Shown piece after piece: positions 1 through 10,900 of a stretch of 64,000 nucleotides of DNA. The first letter of the stretch is position 1, and every line of letters begins with the position of its first letter. The stretch is from an uncultured bacterium (GTDB lineage Bacteria; Krumholzibacteriota; Krumholzibacteriia; Krumholzibacteriales; Krumholzibacteriaceae), in NCBI GenBank assembly GCA_965371515.1, contig CBDUYR010000001.1, forward strand, positions 1 to 64,000, given 5' to 3'. Below the pieces are notes generated by a model. It was not told the DNA's origin. It made no database searches and saw nothing but the letters and a program-made list of their open reading frames with translations. The translations under genes were made by a program, and so were the position numbers.

Positions 1-169
1 CGGCGACGGGGTCTACGACGGGATCGACGAGTGCCCCGACACGCCGGAAGGTGCGAAGGTCGACAGGAAAGGCTGTCCACTTGACAGTGACGGCGACGGG
101 GTCTACGACGGGCTCGACGAATGCCCAGGCACGAACGCCCGGACCAAGGTCGACGAAAAGGGATGTCCC
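1..169 (+). repeat. Coding tandem repeat with 90-bp period (TSP3 repeats)
   Basis: cggcgacggggtctacgacggg occurs at both 1-22 and 91-112. Confidence 0.85.
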
Positions 170-583
170 GTGAAGGTGAGCGACGCTGTCTATGAATTCA
201 TCAACACCGGGCTCTTCTCGACGACCGAGATCGAATTCGACGTCGGCAAGGCAGACCTTAAAACTGGATCGAAGGAGCTTCTCGACAAGATCGGGGGGGT
301 CCTCTCCGAGTGGCCCGAAGCGGAAATAGAGATCGGGGGACATACGGACTCGTCCGGATCGGAGAGCTTCAACCAGAAACTCTCCGAGGATCGTGCGAAG
401 GCTGTAAGAGAGTATCTCCTGAAGAACTTTCCGAAGCTGGACCCATCATTCCTCAAGGCGACGGGGTACGGCGAGAGTCAGCCCACATCCTCGAATGACA
501 CCGAGGAGGGCAAGAAGGAGAACCGTCGGGTGGAGTTCAGGATCCTCAACCAGGACGAGTTGAAACGCCCCGTCAGGGAGTAA
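1..583 (+). CDS. OmpA family protein with thrombospondin type-3 (Ca-binding) repeats, 5'-partial
   Basis: The frame starting at base 2 reads GDGVYDGIDECPDTPEGAKVDRKGCPLDSDGDGVYDGLDECP... into an OmpA C-terminal domain (GHTDSSGSESFNQKLSEDRA, NRRVEF). The ORF is open at the window edge. Confidence 0.92.
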   Translation, partial: GDGVYDGIDECPDTPEGAKVDRKGCPLDSDGDGVYDGLDECPGTNARTKVDEKGCPVKVSDAVYEFINTGLFSTTEIEFDVGKADLKTGSKELLDKIGGVLSEWPEAEIEIGGHTDSSGSESFNQKLSEDRAKAVREYLLKNFPKLDPSFLKATGYGESQPTSSNDTEEGKKENRRVEFRILNQDELKRPVRE

Positions 584-621
584 TAGACTCGTTAAGTGTT
601 GTATTTCCTGGGATTATGTAT

Positions 622-683
622 GCGCGGGGCAGGCCCGTAGAAACCCTCGGTACCTCCGGGGTTTCCGAGGGTCTGCCTCGCGC
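622..683 (+). terminator. Long GC-rich stem-loop after the ompA-like gene
   Basis: gcgcggggcaggccc (622-636) pairs with gggtctgcctcgcgc (669-683), with an inner gaaacc/ggtttc stem. The U-tract is weak. Confidence 0.5.
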
Positions 684-702
684 TTATCCAGTGCATTTCC
701 CC

Positions 703-731
703 TTGACTTGGGACGGGTAGTTCGTTATAAA
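703..731 (+). promoter_or_regulatory. sigma70-type promoter of rplU-rpmA
   Basis: TTGACT (703-708), 17-nt spacer, TATAAA (726-731). Confidence 0.7.
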
Positions 732-767
732 TATACCTCTTTAGCATTTTTCAGGAGGTTCGGAGAA

Positions 768-1079
768 GTGTACGCGGTCGTGAATCTGGCCGGAAAACAG
801 TTTACTGTAAGGCTTGACGAGAATATTCGGGTTCCGCTCCTCGATGTCGAGGTCGGAAGCGTGATCCAGTGCGACGACGTGCTTCTCTATTCGGACGGCG
901 ACGATGTCCGTGTAGGACAGCCGAAGGTAGAAGGCGTCAAGGTGACCGCCGAGGTCGTCGAGCACGGCAGGGAAAAGAAGATCATCGTCTTCAAGATGAA
1001 GCGCAGGAAGGGTTACCGCCGCAAGAACGGCCATAAACAGGGATTTACCCTTCTCAAGATAAAGAAAATATCCGTATAA
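768..1079 (+). CDS. rplU: 50S ribosomal protein L21
   Basis: [12 protein letters not shown]...[17 protein letters not shown] start at 768 after AGGAGG; followed by rpmA. Confidence 0.97.
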   Translation: MYAVVNLAGKQFTVRLDENIRVPLLDVEVGSVIQCDDVLLYSDGDDVRVGQPKVEGVKVTAEVVEHGREKKIIVFKMKRRKGYRRKNGHKQGFTLLKIKKISV

Positions 1080-1092
1080 CGGGAGATATGTA

Positions 1093-1350
1093 ATGGCTCA
1101 CAAAAAGGGCGTAGGAAGTTCCAGGAACGGCCGTGACAGCGAGGGCAGGCGCCTCGGCGTCAAGGCTCCCTCCGGCCGTACGGTCAAGGCTGGGACTATC
1201 ATAATCCGCCAGAGGGGCACAAAGATCCACCCCGGCCTGAACGTGGCAAAGGGTGGAGACGATACGCTGTATGCGCTGATCGACGGCAAGGTGCAGTTCG
1301 AGCGCCTCGGCAAGTCGAAGAAAAAGGTCAGCGTCTACGCGGCGAACTGA
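1093..1350 (+). CDS. rpmA: 50S ribosomal protein L27
   Basis: [16 protein letters not shown]...IIRQRGT signature. Confidence 0.98.
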   Translation: MAHKKGVGSSRNGRDSEGRRLGVKAPSGRTVKAGTIIIRQRGTKIHPGLNVAKGGDDTLYALIDGKVQFERLGKSKKKVSVYAAN

Positions 1351-1366
1351 AAGCCGACAGGCAGAA

Positions 1367-1395
1367 TTGACAGCCCCGCAACTATAGTGTAAAGT
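1367..1395 (+). promoter_or_regulatory. sigma70-type promoter upstream of the MBL/fumarase/kds cluster
   Basis: TTGACA (1367-1372), 17-nt spacer, TAAAGT (1390-1395). Confidence 0.55.
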
Positions 1396-1396
1396 C

Positions 1397-1441
1397 TGGA
1401 GAGTCCTGACAGGTAACCCTGTCGGATTCTCCATTTTTTTT
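1397..1441 (+). terminator. Rho-independent terminator after rpmA
   Basis: Stem tggagagtcc-tgacagg / cctgtc-ggattctcca followed by T8. Confidence 0.8.
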
Positions 1442-1464
1442 GTCCGAAACAGGGGGTATGAGCT

Positions 1465-2121
1465 ATGAAACTCAGGTACCTCGGGCATGCCGCCTTCGAG
1501 CTCGAGCTCACCGACGGACGTAAGATCGTATTCGACCCGTACGAATCCGGGGCGTACGACGGAGCCCTCGGGTACGGACCTATTGCGGGCCCACACGACA
1601 TCGCCGTAGTCAGCCACGATCACCCCGATCACAGGTTCGATGGAGTCACTTCGCAGGCCGCCGCGGTTGTGGATGGGGCAGGCGAGACCGACATCGAAGG
1701 CGTCAGGATCACGACCATCCCGACATTTCACGACGAGTCGAAAGGGAGCGAACGTGGGTCGAATCTCATCTCGATCATCGAGGCCGAGGGGCTGCGGATC
1801 GCCCATCTCGGGGACCTGGGGCACGCGATCACGAAAGCGGACACGCCGGCGCTAGAGGGCGTCGATGTCATGATCGTGCCGGTCGGCGGAAATTTCACCA
1901 TAGATGCCGCCGCCGCAAAGGCTATTGCGGACGAGTTTTCGCCCAGGATCGTCGTACCGATGCATTACAAGACGGGTAAGTGCGGCTTCCCGATAGCGCC
2001 CGTCGATGATTTCACTATGTTGATGGGAGAATTCGAAGACGCGGGGGGAAGCGAGCTGGAGTTGACGGCCGGCTCCCTGCCGGCCGGACCAAAGGTAATA
2101 GTCCTTGATCCGGCGCTGTAG
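1465..2121 (+). CDS. MBL-fold metallo-hydrolase (Lactamase_B_3-like)
   Basis: YLGHAAF, SHDHPDH, HLGDLGH, PMHY motifs. Confidence 0.9.
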   Translation: MKLRYLGHAAFELELTDGRKIVFDPYESGAYDGALGYGPIAGPHDIAVVSHDHPDHRFDGVTSQAAAVVDGAGETDIEGVRITTIPTFHDESKGSERGSNLISIIEAEGLRIAHLGDLGHAITKADTPALEGVDVMIVPVGGNFTIDAAAAKAIADEFSPRIVVPMHYKTGKCGFPIAPVDDFTMLMGEFEDAGGSELELTAGSLPAGPKVIVLDPAL

Positions 2122-2144
2122 CCGGAAGAAAGAAGGGAACGCAG

Positions 2145-2987
2145 ATGAGGGAGATCGAGGCCTCGAAGATCACGGAAGAAGTGGCGCGCCTGTGCATGGA
2201 GGCGAACTTCGAGCTCGAGGATGACGTGCAGAAGGCCCTCGAGAAGGCCCACGAGGAGGAGGAATCGCCCGCGGGCAGGGAGGTCCTCAGGCAGATCATC
2301 GAGAACTCCGGTATCGCCAGGAGCGAGAGGATACCGATGTGCCAGGACACCGGCCTTGCGGTCATATTCGTCGAGATCGGGCAGGACGTTCATATCACCG
2401 GGGGCGATTTCGAAGGGGCGATAAACGATGGGGTCGCGAAGGGCTACACCGAGGGGTACCTGCGCAAGTCGGTCCTCGCCGATCCGGTCAGGGGCGGCAA
2501 CACCGGCGACAATACGCCGGCCGTCATCCACTCGACCATCGTGCCGGGCGAGACCCTGAAGCTCTGGATCGTTCCAAAGGGCGGCGGCAGTGAGAACATG
2601 AGCCGTATCGCGATGATGAAGCCCGCCGACGGAGTCGAAGGGATCAAGAAGTTCATCGTGGAAAATGTAAAGGCCGCTTCGGGCAATCCCTGCCCGCCGA
2701 TAATCGTCGGCATCGGTATCGGAGGGACGTTCGAGAGGTGCGCGCAGCTCGCCAAGAGGGCCCTGCTGCGCGAGATCGGTTCCAAGCATCCCGACGAGTT
2801 CTACGCCGCTCTCGAGGCGGAGCTTCTCGTACTGGTCAACGACCTCGGCGTCGGCCCGATGGGGCTCGGCGGCCGGACGACGGCGCTTGCGGTTCATATC
2901 GAGGTGGCCCCGAGGCACATCGCCTCGTTCCCCGTATCGATGAATCTCAACTGCCACGCCGCGAGGCACAAATATATAGAGCTCTAG
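2145..2987 (+). CDS. Fe-S class I fumarate hydratase / tartrate dehydratase, alpha subunit
   Basis: PMCQDTG, KGGGSEN, GNPCPP, GPMGLGG, NCHAARH. Confidence 0.93.
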   Translation: MREIEASKITEEVARLCMEANFELEDDVQKALEKAHEEEESPAGREVLRQIIENSGIARSERIPMCQDTGLAVIFVEIGQDVHITGGDFEGAINDGVAKGYTEGYLRKSVLADPVRGGNTGDNTPAVIHSTIVPGETLKLWIVPKGGGSENMSRIAMMKPADGVEGIKKFIVENVKAASGNPCPPIIVGIGIGGTFERCAQLAKRALLREIGSKHPDEFYAALEAELLVLVNDLGVGPMGLGGRTTALAVHIEVAPRHIASFPVSMNLNCHAARHKYIEL

Positions 2988-3035
2988 GCGGCCGGCAAGG
3001 CCGAAGTAATATTGACGAGAAGGAGCGATCCGGAA

Positions 3036-3587
3036 ATGGCTGATTATTCACTTACTACCCCACTCGGCGACGACGATGTCAGGAAGCTGAAGGCGGGAGA
3101 TACGGTGAAGCTCACCGGCACGATCTACACGGCCCGCGACGCGGCGCACAAGAAGCTCGTCGACCTGATCGACGAGGGGAAGGAACTTCCCATCCCTCTC
3201 GAAGGACAGATCATATACTATGTCGGTCCTTCGCCGACGCCTCCTGGCAAGCCGATCGGTTCTGCCGGCCCGACGACGAGCTATCGCATGGATCCCTACG
3301 CCCCCGCGCTTCTGGACAAGGGCCTCAAGGGCATGATCGGCAAGGGAGCCAGGAGCGACGCTGTCGTCGACGCGATGAAGAAGAACACGGCCGTCTATTT
3401 CGCCGCAACCGGCGGTGCGGCGGCGCTCATATCGCGAAGCATAACTGCCGCCGAGATAGTCGCTTACGAGGATCTCGGCGCCGAGGCGATCAGGAAACTG
3501 ACTGTCGAGGACTTTCCCGTGATCGTTGCCCAGGACTGCTACGGCGCCAACGTATACGAGGAAGGCCAGAAGAAGTACGCGAAGTAA
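3036..3587 (+). CDS. Fe-S class I fumarate hydratase / tartrate dehydratase, beta subunit
   Basis: YTARDAAH, GPTTSYRM, MIGKG, DLGAEA; ATG at 3036 after AAGGAG. Confidence 0.93.
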   Translation: MADYSLTTPLGDDDVRKLKAGDTVKLTGTIYTARDAAHKKLVDLIDEGKELPIPLEGQIIYYVGPSPTPPGKPIGSAGPTTSYRMDPYAPALLDKGLKGMIGKGARSDAVVDAMKKNTAVYFAATGGAAALISRSITAAEIVAYEDLGAEAIRKLTVEDFPVIVAQDCYGANVYEEGQKKYAK

Positions 3588-3619
3588 TACAATTCGCGAA
3601 TCCGGAAGGGAGTCATACC

Positions 3620-4339
3620 CTGTCGATCAAGGTCCTCGCTGTTATCCCGGCCCGGTACGGGTCGACGCGCTTTCCCGGCAAACCGCTGGCGGATATCGCC
3701 GGACTGCCGATGATCCTGCATGTCACAAGACGTGTTTCAGGGATAAAGGGCATCGAAAAAGTGATCGTCGCCACCGACGACGAGCGTATCATGGACGTCG
3801 TTACGGCAGACGGACACATCGCCGAGATGACATCCAAACGTCACAGGACCGGTTCGGCCCGTGTCGCCGAAGTGGCCGGCCGCCACAGCTGCAGTATAGT
3901 CCTCAATGTCCAGGGCGACGAGCCGCTGCTGCCTTCGACCGCGGTCGAACGGCTCGTGGCCGTCATGCGTTCCGACCAGAGACTGCTGATGGCGACGCTC
4001 GCCACCACGGGAAGCGGCGCCGACAGGATAAAGAGGCCCGACGTTGTAAAGGTCGCCGTCAACAGGGAAGGGTACGCGATGTACTTCTCACGCTCGCCCG
4101 TTCCGTACGGCACAGACAAGTTTCTCCACCACATCGGCATCTACGCCTTCAGGCGGAAATTCCTGCTCGGATACGACACTCTGCCAAAGGGACCGTTCGA
4201 GAAGGCCGAGGGCCTCGAGCAGCTCAGGGCCCTGGAGAACGGGTTCAGGATACGAGTTTTGCCTTGCAGGGCGCGGTCTATCGGCGTCGACCGGCCCGAA
4301 GACATAAAAAGAGTTGAAAAAATACTGCGCGACCGTTAA
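3620..4339 (+). CDS. kdsB: CMP-Kdo synthetase (3-deoxy-manno-octulosonate cytidylyltransferase); probable CTG start
   Basis: The in-frame VIPARYGSTRFPGKPL motif lies upstream of the ORF-track ATG (3710); also NVQGDEP, YFSRSPVP, HIGIYAF, LEQLRALENG. Confidence 0.93.
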   Translation: MSIKVLAVIPARYGSTRFPGKPLADIAGLPMILHVTRRVSGIKGIEKVIVATDDERIMDVVTADGHIAEMTSKRHRTGSARVAEVAGRHSCSIVLNVQGDEPLLPSTAVERLVAVMRSDQRLLMATLATTGSGADRIKRPDVVKVAVNREGYAMYFSRSPVPYGTDKFLHHIGIYAFRRKFLLGYDTLPKGPFEKAEGLEQLRALENGFRIRVLPCRARSIGVDRPEDIKRVEKILRDR

Positions 4340-4402
4340 TGTAATCGATGGTCAATCACTTATTCGCCCGATTTGTCAGCCGGCACCCTGGTGGGGAGTA
4401 GT

Positions 4403-6058
4403 TTGGGAGAGAAGACGAAATATATTTTCGTAACGGGTGGGGTGGTTTCGTCTCTCGGCAAGGGTATCGCCAGCGCGTCCCTCGGGTTGCTTCTCAAACA
4501 GCGCGGGCTCCACGTTATTCTCCAGAAATTCGATCCATATCTGAACGTCGATCCTGGGACGATGAGCCCATTCCAGCACGGCGAGGTCTTCGTCACCGAC
4601 GACGGCGCCGAGACCGATCTCGACCTCGGCCATTACGAGAGGTTCATAGACCGTAATCTCAGCCAGCGCTCCAACGTGACGACCGGCCAGGTATACGAGG
4701 CGATCATCAATCGCGAGCGCGCCGGCGGTTATCTCGGCAAGACGGTTCAGGTCGTCCCGCACGTCACCGACGAGATCAAGAACAGGATCAGGCTCGCCGC
4801 CGAGAACGGCAATGACGTCGATGTTGTGATCACAGAGGTCGGGGGAACGACGGGCGATATCGAGGGGCTTCCGTTCCTCGAGGCGATCAGGCAAATGCGG
4901 CTCGACCAGGGCCGCGATAACGTTCTGTACATTCATCTTACGCTCGTTCCGTACATCAAGGCGGCCCACGAGATTAAGACCAAGCCGAGCCAGCACAGCG
5001 TCAAGGGGTTGCGCGAGATCGGTATCCAGCCCGACATCCTGCTCTGCCGGTGCGACAGGCCGCTGTCGCAGGAGATCAAGGCGAAGATAGCGCTCTTCTG
5101 CAATGTCGAGGAGCGCTCGGTGATAGAGGCGATAGACGCTGAGTCGATCTACTACGTTCCGCTTAAGCTGTGGAAGGAGGGGCTGGACGATATCGTAGTC
5201 GAGAAGCTCCGCCTCGACGCCGGACCCCCGGACCTCGACGAGTGGGAAAAGATGGTCCACAAGATCTTCTCGATGACCGAGAGCGTCGACATCGCGATCG
5301 TCGGCAAGTACATCCAGATCGTCGACGCATACAAGAGCATCATAGAGTCGTTCACCCACGCAGGCGTAGCCAACGATATCCACGTCAACCTGAAGTGGGT
5401 CGACGCGGAAAAGATAGAGGAGGACGGACCGGAGAAGTGGCTCGACAGCGTAGACGGTATCCTCGTTCCCGGCGGCTTCGGTGAACGGGGGACCGAGGGC
5501 AAGATATCGGCGGTCAAATATGCCCGCGAAAACGGCGTCCCGTACCTCGGGATCTGCCTCGGCCTCCAGGTGGCCGTTATCGAGTTCGCCCGCAACGTCT
5601 GCGGGCTTGAAGCCGGGTCGAGCGAGTTCGATACCGACGTCCCGGACCCTGTCATCGATCTGATGCGCGACCAGGTCAACAAGTCGAAGATGGGCGGCAC
5701 GATGCGCCTGGGCGCCTACCCGTGCCTGCTCGAGAAGGGAACACTCGCCCATGAACTCTATGGCGTCGACGAGATAAGCGAGCGCCACCGCCACCGCTGG
5801 GAAGTCAACAACGCGTACCGCGAGAAACTCGCCGCGAAGGGTCTCGTATTCTCCGGGCTCTCCCCCGATGGCAATCTCGTCGAGATAGTAGAACTTCCGG
5901 GGCACCCCTTCTTCCTCGCAGGACAGTTCCACCCCGAGTTGAAATCCCGCCCGATGAGGGCGCATCCCCTCTTCAGGGGGCTCGTGGCCGCCGCGAAAAA
6001 ACTGGGCCGCACCCGCGTGAAGGGTGAGGGCACGGTCGCCGCGGGCCGCGACGGATAG
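4403..6058 (+). CDS. pyrG: CTP synthase
   Basis: [38 protein letters not shown]; likely TTG start at 4403 after GGGGAG. Confidence 0.98.
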   Translation: MGEKTKYIFVTGGVVSSLGKGIASASLGLLLKQRGLHVILQKFDPYLNVDPGTMSPFQHGEVFVTDDGAETDLDLGHYERFIDRNLSQRSNVTTGQVYEAIINRERAGGYLGKTVQVVPHVTDEIKNRIRLAAENGNDVDVVITEVGGTTGDIEGLPFLEAIRQMRLDQGRDNVLYIHLTLVPYIKAAHEIKTKPSQHSVKGLREIGIQPDILLCRCDRPLSQEIKAKIALFCNVEERSVIEAIDAESIYYVPLKLWKEGLDDIVVEKLRLDAGPPDLDEWEKMVHKIFSMTESVDIAIVGKYIQIVDAYKSIIESFTHAGVANDIHVNLKWVDAEKIEEDGPEKWLDSVDGILVPGGFGERGTEGKISAVKYARENGVPYLGICLGLQVAVIEFARNVCGLEAGSSEFDTDVPDPVIDLMRDQVNKSKMGGTMRLGAYPCLLEKGTLAHELYGVDEISERHRHRWEVNNAYREKLAAKGLVFSGLSPDGNLVEIVELPGHPFFLAGQFHPELKSRPMRAHPLFRGLVAAAKKLGRTRVKGEGTVAAGRDG

Positions 6059-6069
6059 CGGGAGGAGCT

Positions 6070-6891
6070 ATGAATCCCCTTTCCATAGGAGACGTGATCT
6101 GGGAGCCGGAACGCATGCCGCTCCTGATCTCCGGACCGTGCGTGCTCGAGGACGAGGATGAGGCGATGAGGATCGCTTCGGCCTGCGTCGAGCTGGCCGA
6201 CGAGTTTGATTTTCTCTACGTGTTCAAGTCGAGCTATCTGAAAGATAACAGGTCGTCTGTAGATTCGTATACCGGGCCGGGGCTCGAGAAAGGTCTCGGG
6301 ATGCTCGAGCGGATACGCACCGAGACGGGTGTGCCGGTCCTGACCGACGTGCACTGCAGGGAGGAAGTCGGCCCGGCAGCCGAGGTCTGCGACATCCTGC
6401 AGATTCCCGCGTTCCTCTCTCGCCAGACGCGGCTGATACTTGCCGCCGCCGGCACGGGCAAGGTCGTCAACATAAAGAAGGGCCAGTTTCTCTCCCCCGA
6501 GAACATGAGTAATGCGGTCGAGAAGGCGAGGGCCGGCGGAGCGGCCGGTATAATGATCACCGAGCGGGGGACTTCGTTCGGATACAACAATCTCGTCGTC
6601 GACATGACCGCCTTTCCGAGGATGAAATCGTCCGGCGTACCGGTTATATTTGATGCGACGCACTCGCTGCAGCTCCCCGGCGGTCTAGGCGATCGCTCGG
6701 GCGGGAGGCCGCAGTTCGCAGCGGCGCTGGCGCGGGCGGCGATGGCCGCTGGAGCGGACGGATTGTTCATAGAGACCCACCCCGATCCGCTGTCGTGCAG
6801 CTGCGACGCCGAGGTGATGTTGCCGCTGGCCGACCTGGAGGGGTTGCTCCGAGACGCATCGCGGATATTCCACGGGAACAGAGATGACTGA
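6070..6891 (+). CDS. kdsA: Kdo-8-phosphate synthase
   Basis: GPCVLE, KDNRSS (variant of KANRSS), QIPAFL, KKGQF, ERG, DATHS. Confidence 0.95.
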   Translation: MNPLSIGDVIWEPERMPLLISGPCVLEDEDEAMRIASACVELADEFDFLYVFKSSYLKDNRSSVDSYTGPGLEKGLGMLERIRTETGVPVLTDVHCREEVGPAAEVCDILQIPAFLSRQTRLILAAAGTGKVVNIKKGQFLSPENMSNAVEKARAGGAAGIMITERGTSFGYNNLVVDMTAFPRMKSSGVPVIFDATHSLQLPGGLGDRSGGRPQFAAALARAAMAAGADGLFIETHPDPLSCSCDAEVMLPLADLEGLLRDASRIFHGNRDD

Positions 6892-7951
6892 AAAAACGGG
6901 ATCAAAAAATAATCATGACGTAGAGAAACCCGCCGATGGATCCCCGGATGCGGCAGAGACTTCCGGCGCGGATCTCAAAGGGGAGGCCCTCGATATCGGC
7001 CGCGAGGTGATCGCCCTCGAGAGCGAAGGCCTCGAGGAGCTCCGCCGCACGATAGGTCCGCAGTTCGGAGATGCTGTCGAGCTGATCCTCGGCTGCGACG
7101 GCAAGGTGATCGTCTGCGGCATCGGCAAGTCGGGGCTCATCGCCCGCAAGATCGCAGCGACGCTGAGCAGCACCGGCACCCCGTCGGTGTTTCTCCATTC
7201 CGTCGAGGCGGCCCACGGCGACATGGGTATGGTCGCAAGGAACGATATCTTCCTCGCCGTGAGCAAGAGCGGGGGAGACGACGAGTTCTCCAAGCTTCTT
7301 CCTTACCTCCGGGCGATCGGCGTGAAGATGATCGCCATAACGGGCAATCCCGAATCGAGGCTCGCGAAGGAGAGCAATGTCGTCCTCCTGATCCCTGCCG
7401 GCAAGGAGGCCTGTCCGATGGACATCGTGCCGACGACGAGCACGACCGTATCGATGGTACTCGGAGACGCGCTCGCCGTGGCGGCGTTCAGGAAGAGGAA
7501 TTTCGGCAAGGAAGATTTCGCCCGCCTGCATCCTAGCGGCGTGCTGGGCAGGCGACTGACCCTGACCGTCGGTGAGCTGATGCATAAGGACGATCAGGTG
7601 CCCCGCGTCGGGCTCGAGACACCCCTGAGAGACGCCCTGATCGAAATAATGGACAAACATGTAGGCTGCACCGCTGTTACAGATGACAACGGAAAGCTCG
7701 AAGGGATCATTACCGACGGTGACCTGAAGAGGATATTGGTTAAGAATCCAGACGCGCTCAGGCTTCCGGTATCGGGCCTGATGACAAAATCTCCACTCAC
7801 GATCGGCGCCGGGGTTCTCGCAGTTAAGGCGCTCGAGCAGATGGAGATGAATCCGAAGGGACCGATAACCCATTTCTTCGTCGTGGACGGAGACGGGAAG
7901 CTCGAGGGACTGATCCACATCCACGACATCCTGCGCGCCGGGCTGAAGTAA
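6884..7951 (+). CDS. kdsD: Arabinose-5-phosphate isomerase, KpsF/GutQ family (SIS + 2 CBS)
   Basis: GIGKSG, STGTP, EAAHGDMG, PTTST, LHPSG, GIITDGDL, HIHDIL. Confidence 0.95.
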   Translation: MTEKTGSKNNHDVEKPADGSPDAAETSGADLKGEALDIGREVIALESEGLEELRRTIGPQFGDAVELILGCDGKVIVCGIGKSGLIARKIAATLSSTGTPSVFLHSVEAAHGDMGMVARNDIFLAVSKSGGDDEFSKLLPYLRAIGVKMIAITGNPESRLAKESNVVLLIPAGKEACPMDIVPTTSTTVSMVLGDALAVAAFRKRNFGKEDFARLHPSGVLGRRLTLTVGELMHKDDQVPRVGLETPLRDALIEIMDKHVGCTAVTDDNGKLEGIITDGDLKRILVKNPDALRLPVSGLMTKSPLTIGAGVLAVKALEQMEMNPKGPITHFFVVDGDGKLEGLIHIHDILRAGLK

Positions 7952-7978
7952 GGGAACCCAGGGACCCCGCCCCGAACA

Positions 7979-10900
7979 TTGGAAGACATGTTCGATTCTA
8001 TATTCAGGATCTGGTCCATAGCGCTCTATGAGGCGAAAGTCATCATGCGCGGGTGGCTCTTCCGCATAGCGCTGCTGCTGCCGGTCGCCTTTCTTCTGGT
8101 GATCATGCTGACCCGGCTCTTCCAAATCAGATCCATCGGAATTCTATTTCAGGTTTTTTATAACGCTCCCTCCACGATCCCGTGGATCGTCACGGTCTTC
8201 TATACGATTTATTCCTGTATAGTTCTCGCGGCTGTCTCCACCAACTCCGGATGGCGGGAATGGAAACTCGATTCACTCGAGGCGATCAGGATCCGACCAT
8301 GGTCCAACATCGAGCACGCCGTCGGAAAAGCAGCCGGGCAGATCTTCTGTTTCATCATCATGACTGTGGCGGTTCTCCTGGTCACTCTTGGGATCAGTAT
8401 CTTCAGTCACGGGATGATAACCTTCGGGGCCGGATATCTGCTGTACCCGTTGATAATCTGTGCGCCGGCTTTCTTTTTTGTCTCCGGCCTGTCGATGTTG
8501 GCCGCGAGGGTATTCCGGAACCAGATGCTTTCCCTGCTGGTCGTAACCGCTGTTATTCTGCTCTCCGTCTTCACGGCAGACAGGTACTTTCATCTGCTTG
8601 ATATGACTGCGTTCCGGATGCCGCTTTTCTTCTCGAGAATGACAGGTTTTTCGTTCCCCGAGCTCATCGCCCGTCAGCGTCTGCTCTACCTCGTTGCCGG
8701 ACTGATGATGGTCTGTGTGACAGCTCTCATCCCGCACCGTCCTCCGGGACGACGCCTGACAACGGCGGTGACCTCGATTGCCGCAGTTGTCCTGCTGGTA
8801 TTCTGCTTTTACGCCGGGTTCGGATATGCCGATCACTTCTCGACGGGGGTGGAGCTGAGAAAGAGTATCCGGGAGATCAGCCGCACTTTGCGCCCGGTCC
8901 CCCTGCTCGAGCCCCTCGAGTATCATATCGACGTCGATCAGGAGGGCCGCGGGATCGATTGCTCGGTCCGCATAGTTCTGGAGAACAGGTCGGGATCAAG
9001 TGTCGATCGGTATGTATTCACACTTAATCCCGGTCTTGATGTCGAAGAAGTTACTGACAGGTCCGGAAGTATCGATTTCGAACGAGATTTGCATCTTCTA
9101 ACTGTTGTTCCGCCGGGTGCGCTGCGACCGGGAGAAAAGGACACCATCGATATCCGGTATACGGGAGCAGTCGACGCCAGGGCGATGTTCAGTGACGTAG
9201 CTGAGAGTGTCCGATCTGCTGACAGATCGTTACATGATATGTCGTCGTTCATGGTCGATATGCCCGGCACGATCATGTTCAGGGTGCCCAGAGATATCGC
9301 GCCTCAACGTTACGATTACATGCTTCTCGTTCCAGACGCTATGTGGTACCCCGTACCAGGACTTCCGTACGATCCTCTCAGCCCTGAATGTGATCGAAGA
9401 TCTTTTTCCATATTCAGGCTGAAAGTGAATCCTCGCGAAGGATTGAATGCCGTCTCGCAGGGAAAGAGGACCGCCACAGAAAACGGAGGATTTCTTTTCG
9501 AACCGGAGTGCCCGCTGACCGGGATCACACTGGCGCTCGGTGAGTTCAGGGCCAGGACGATCAAGGTCGATTCACTGGAGTATATCCTTCAATCCACGCC
9601 CAGCAGCGAGGAGTTGTTCGTATTGATGGATTGCGTTGCGGACACCCTGCCGACCCTGATCGCTGAGGCAAGGGACAAGCTGGAGTACTCGCTCGGCCTG
9701 GGCTACCCCTTCGAGAGAATGACTTTTCTCGAGGTCCCCGCATCGTTCTTTCCCTTCAACCGCCCGCTGCGCGAAACCGGGTTCGGTTTAACCCAGCCCG
9801 AGATCTTTCTTGTTCATGAGGGAGGGATCGCGCTCGGCCTGAGAGGGCTGCCGGCCTGGCTCGATATGATCAGGGAATACCGGGTGGAAAACGAGGAGCC
9901 GCCGGAGGACAGAGACCGGAATATTGTCATTCACAGCACTCGGTTTTTACTGGGGAGTCTCGGCAGGGACGATGCTTACAATCTCTTTCCGATGTACTTC
10001 AGGCATGCTGTCGGGATCGAGGTATCGCGCTACCCCCACCTGGGGCTGATGCTTGAACACATGGCCGGAGAAGGCGTTTTATTCAACCAGCGCGGCAGGC
10101 ACTGGATAGCGGACGGGATCACGGACAGTGAACGCGCCAGCAGGATGATCATACACGGTGGATTCCTCGAGTCGGTCATGGATCCTGACAATTACAGGTG
10201 GGCGGGCAATCTGGTACGCAGCTGGGCCAGCCATCACTACTATCTCATCGACGCTCTTTCGGAAAAGGAAATGATCGCCGGATTTATCCGGGACCTCACC
10301 GAATCGAACAGGTTCAGGAATATCGATGAGGATGTACTGCTCGAGTCATTCGCCGAACGGTTCGGCTTCAGGCTCGAGTCTGTTGTCATCGATCTGGAAA
10401 ATCCAGTCGACATCCCGGGATATCTCTACGGGGACTTTGACTGCTGCGAGGTCATCGAGGGAGAGAGGAAATATTACAAGGCGAGCTTCGACGTCATAAA
10501 CCGTGAAGGTGTCAGAGGAGTGATAGCGGTCACTGCCGCCCTGAAGTATCCGAAGGCGGTCAGGAAGGCGATGAGAAGGACGATCAAGAATCCGGTAGTC
10601 GCTATCGAGGCATTCGAGCCGGGGGAATCGAGGAGGGTCGAATTCACTCTCGATTACGAACCGATAACGATATGGATAAATACGATGATATCGAGGAACG
10701 TGCCCTCCCGGATCACGTGGGGTCCCCGTGTCGAGGTAAGCGGCGCCTGCGGTTCCGGGCGAAGAAAGGCCGGCGGAATAGACCTGAGGGATTTCGAAGA
10801 GGGAAATATAGTCGTCGACGATCAGGATCCCGGATTCGAGACTGTCGGCGGAGACGATGGAGGATTTCTGAGACGGCTGCTGCCTTCCACGTCAGAGGAA

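Noticed and set aside
1..169. Direct repeats resembling a CRISPR array
   Set aside because: Only two copies, in frame, encoding TSP3 repeats of the OmpA protein; no cas genes.
708..767. N-terminal extensions in the ORF track (rplU 708, lptC 13258, EIID 22004, rpsO 51300, nusA 43981)
   Set aside because: Downstream starts have Shine-Dalgarno sites and match family N-termini; the extensions overlap promoters or upstream genes.
4376..5965. Long antisense ORFs (4376-5965, 14673-16115, 30122-31603, 44802-46523, 52887-54119 and others)
   Set aside because: They shadow well-conserved genes on the opposite strand, which is expected from high-GC codon bias. They have no recognisable motifs.
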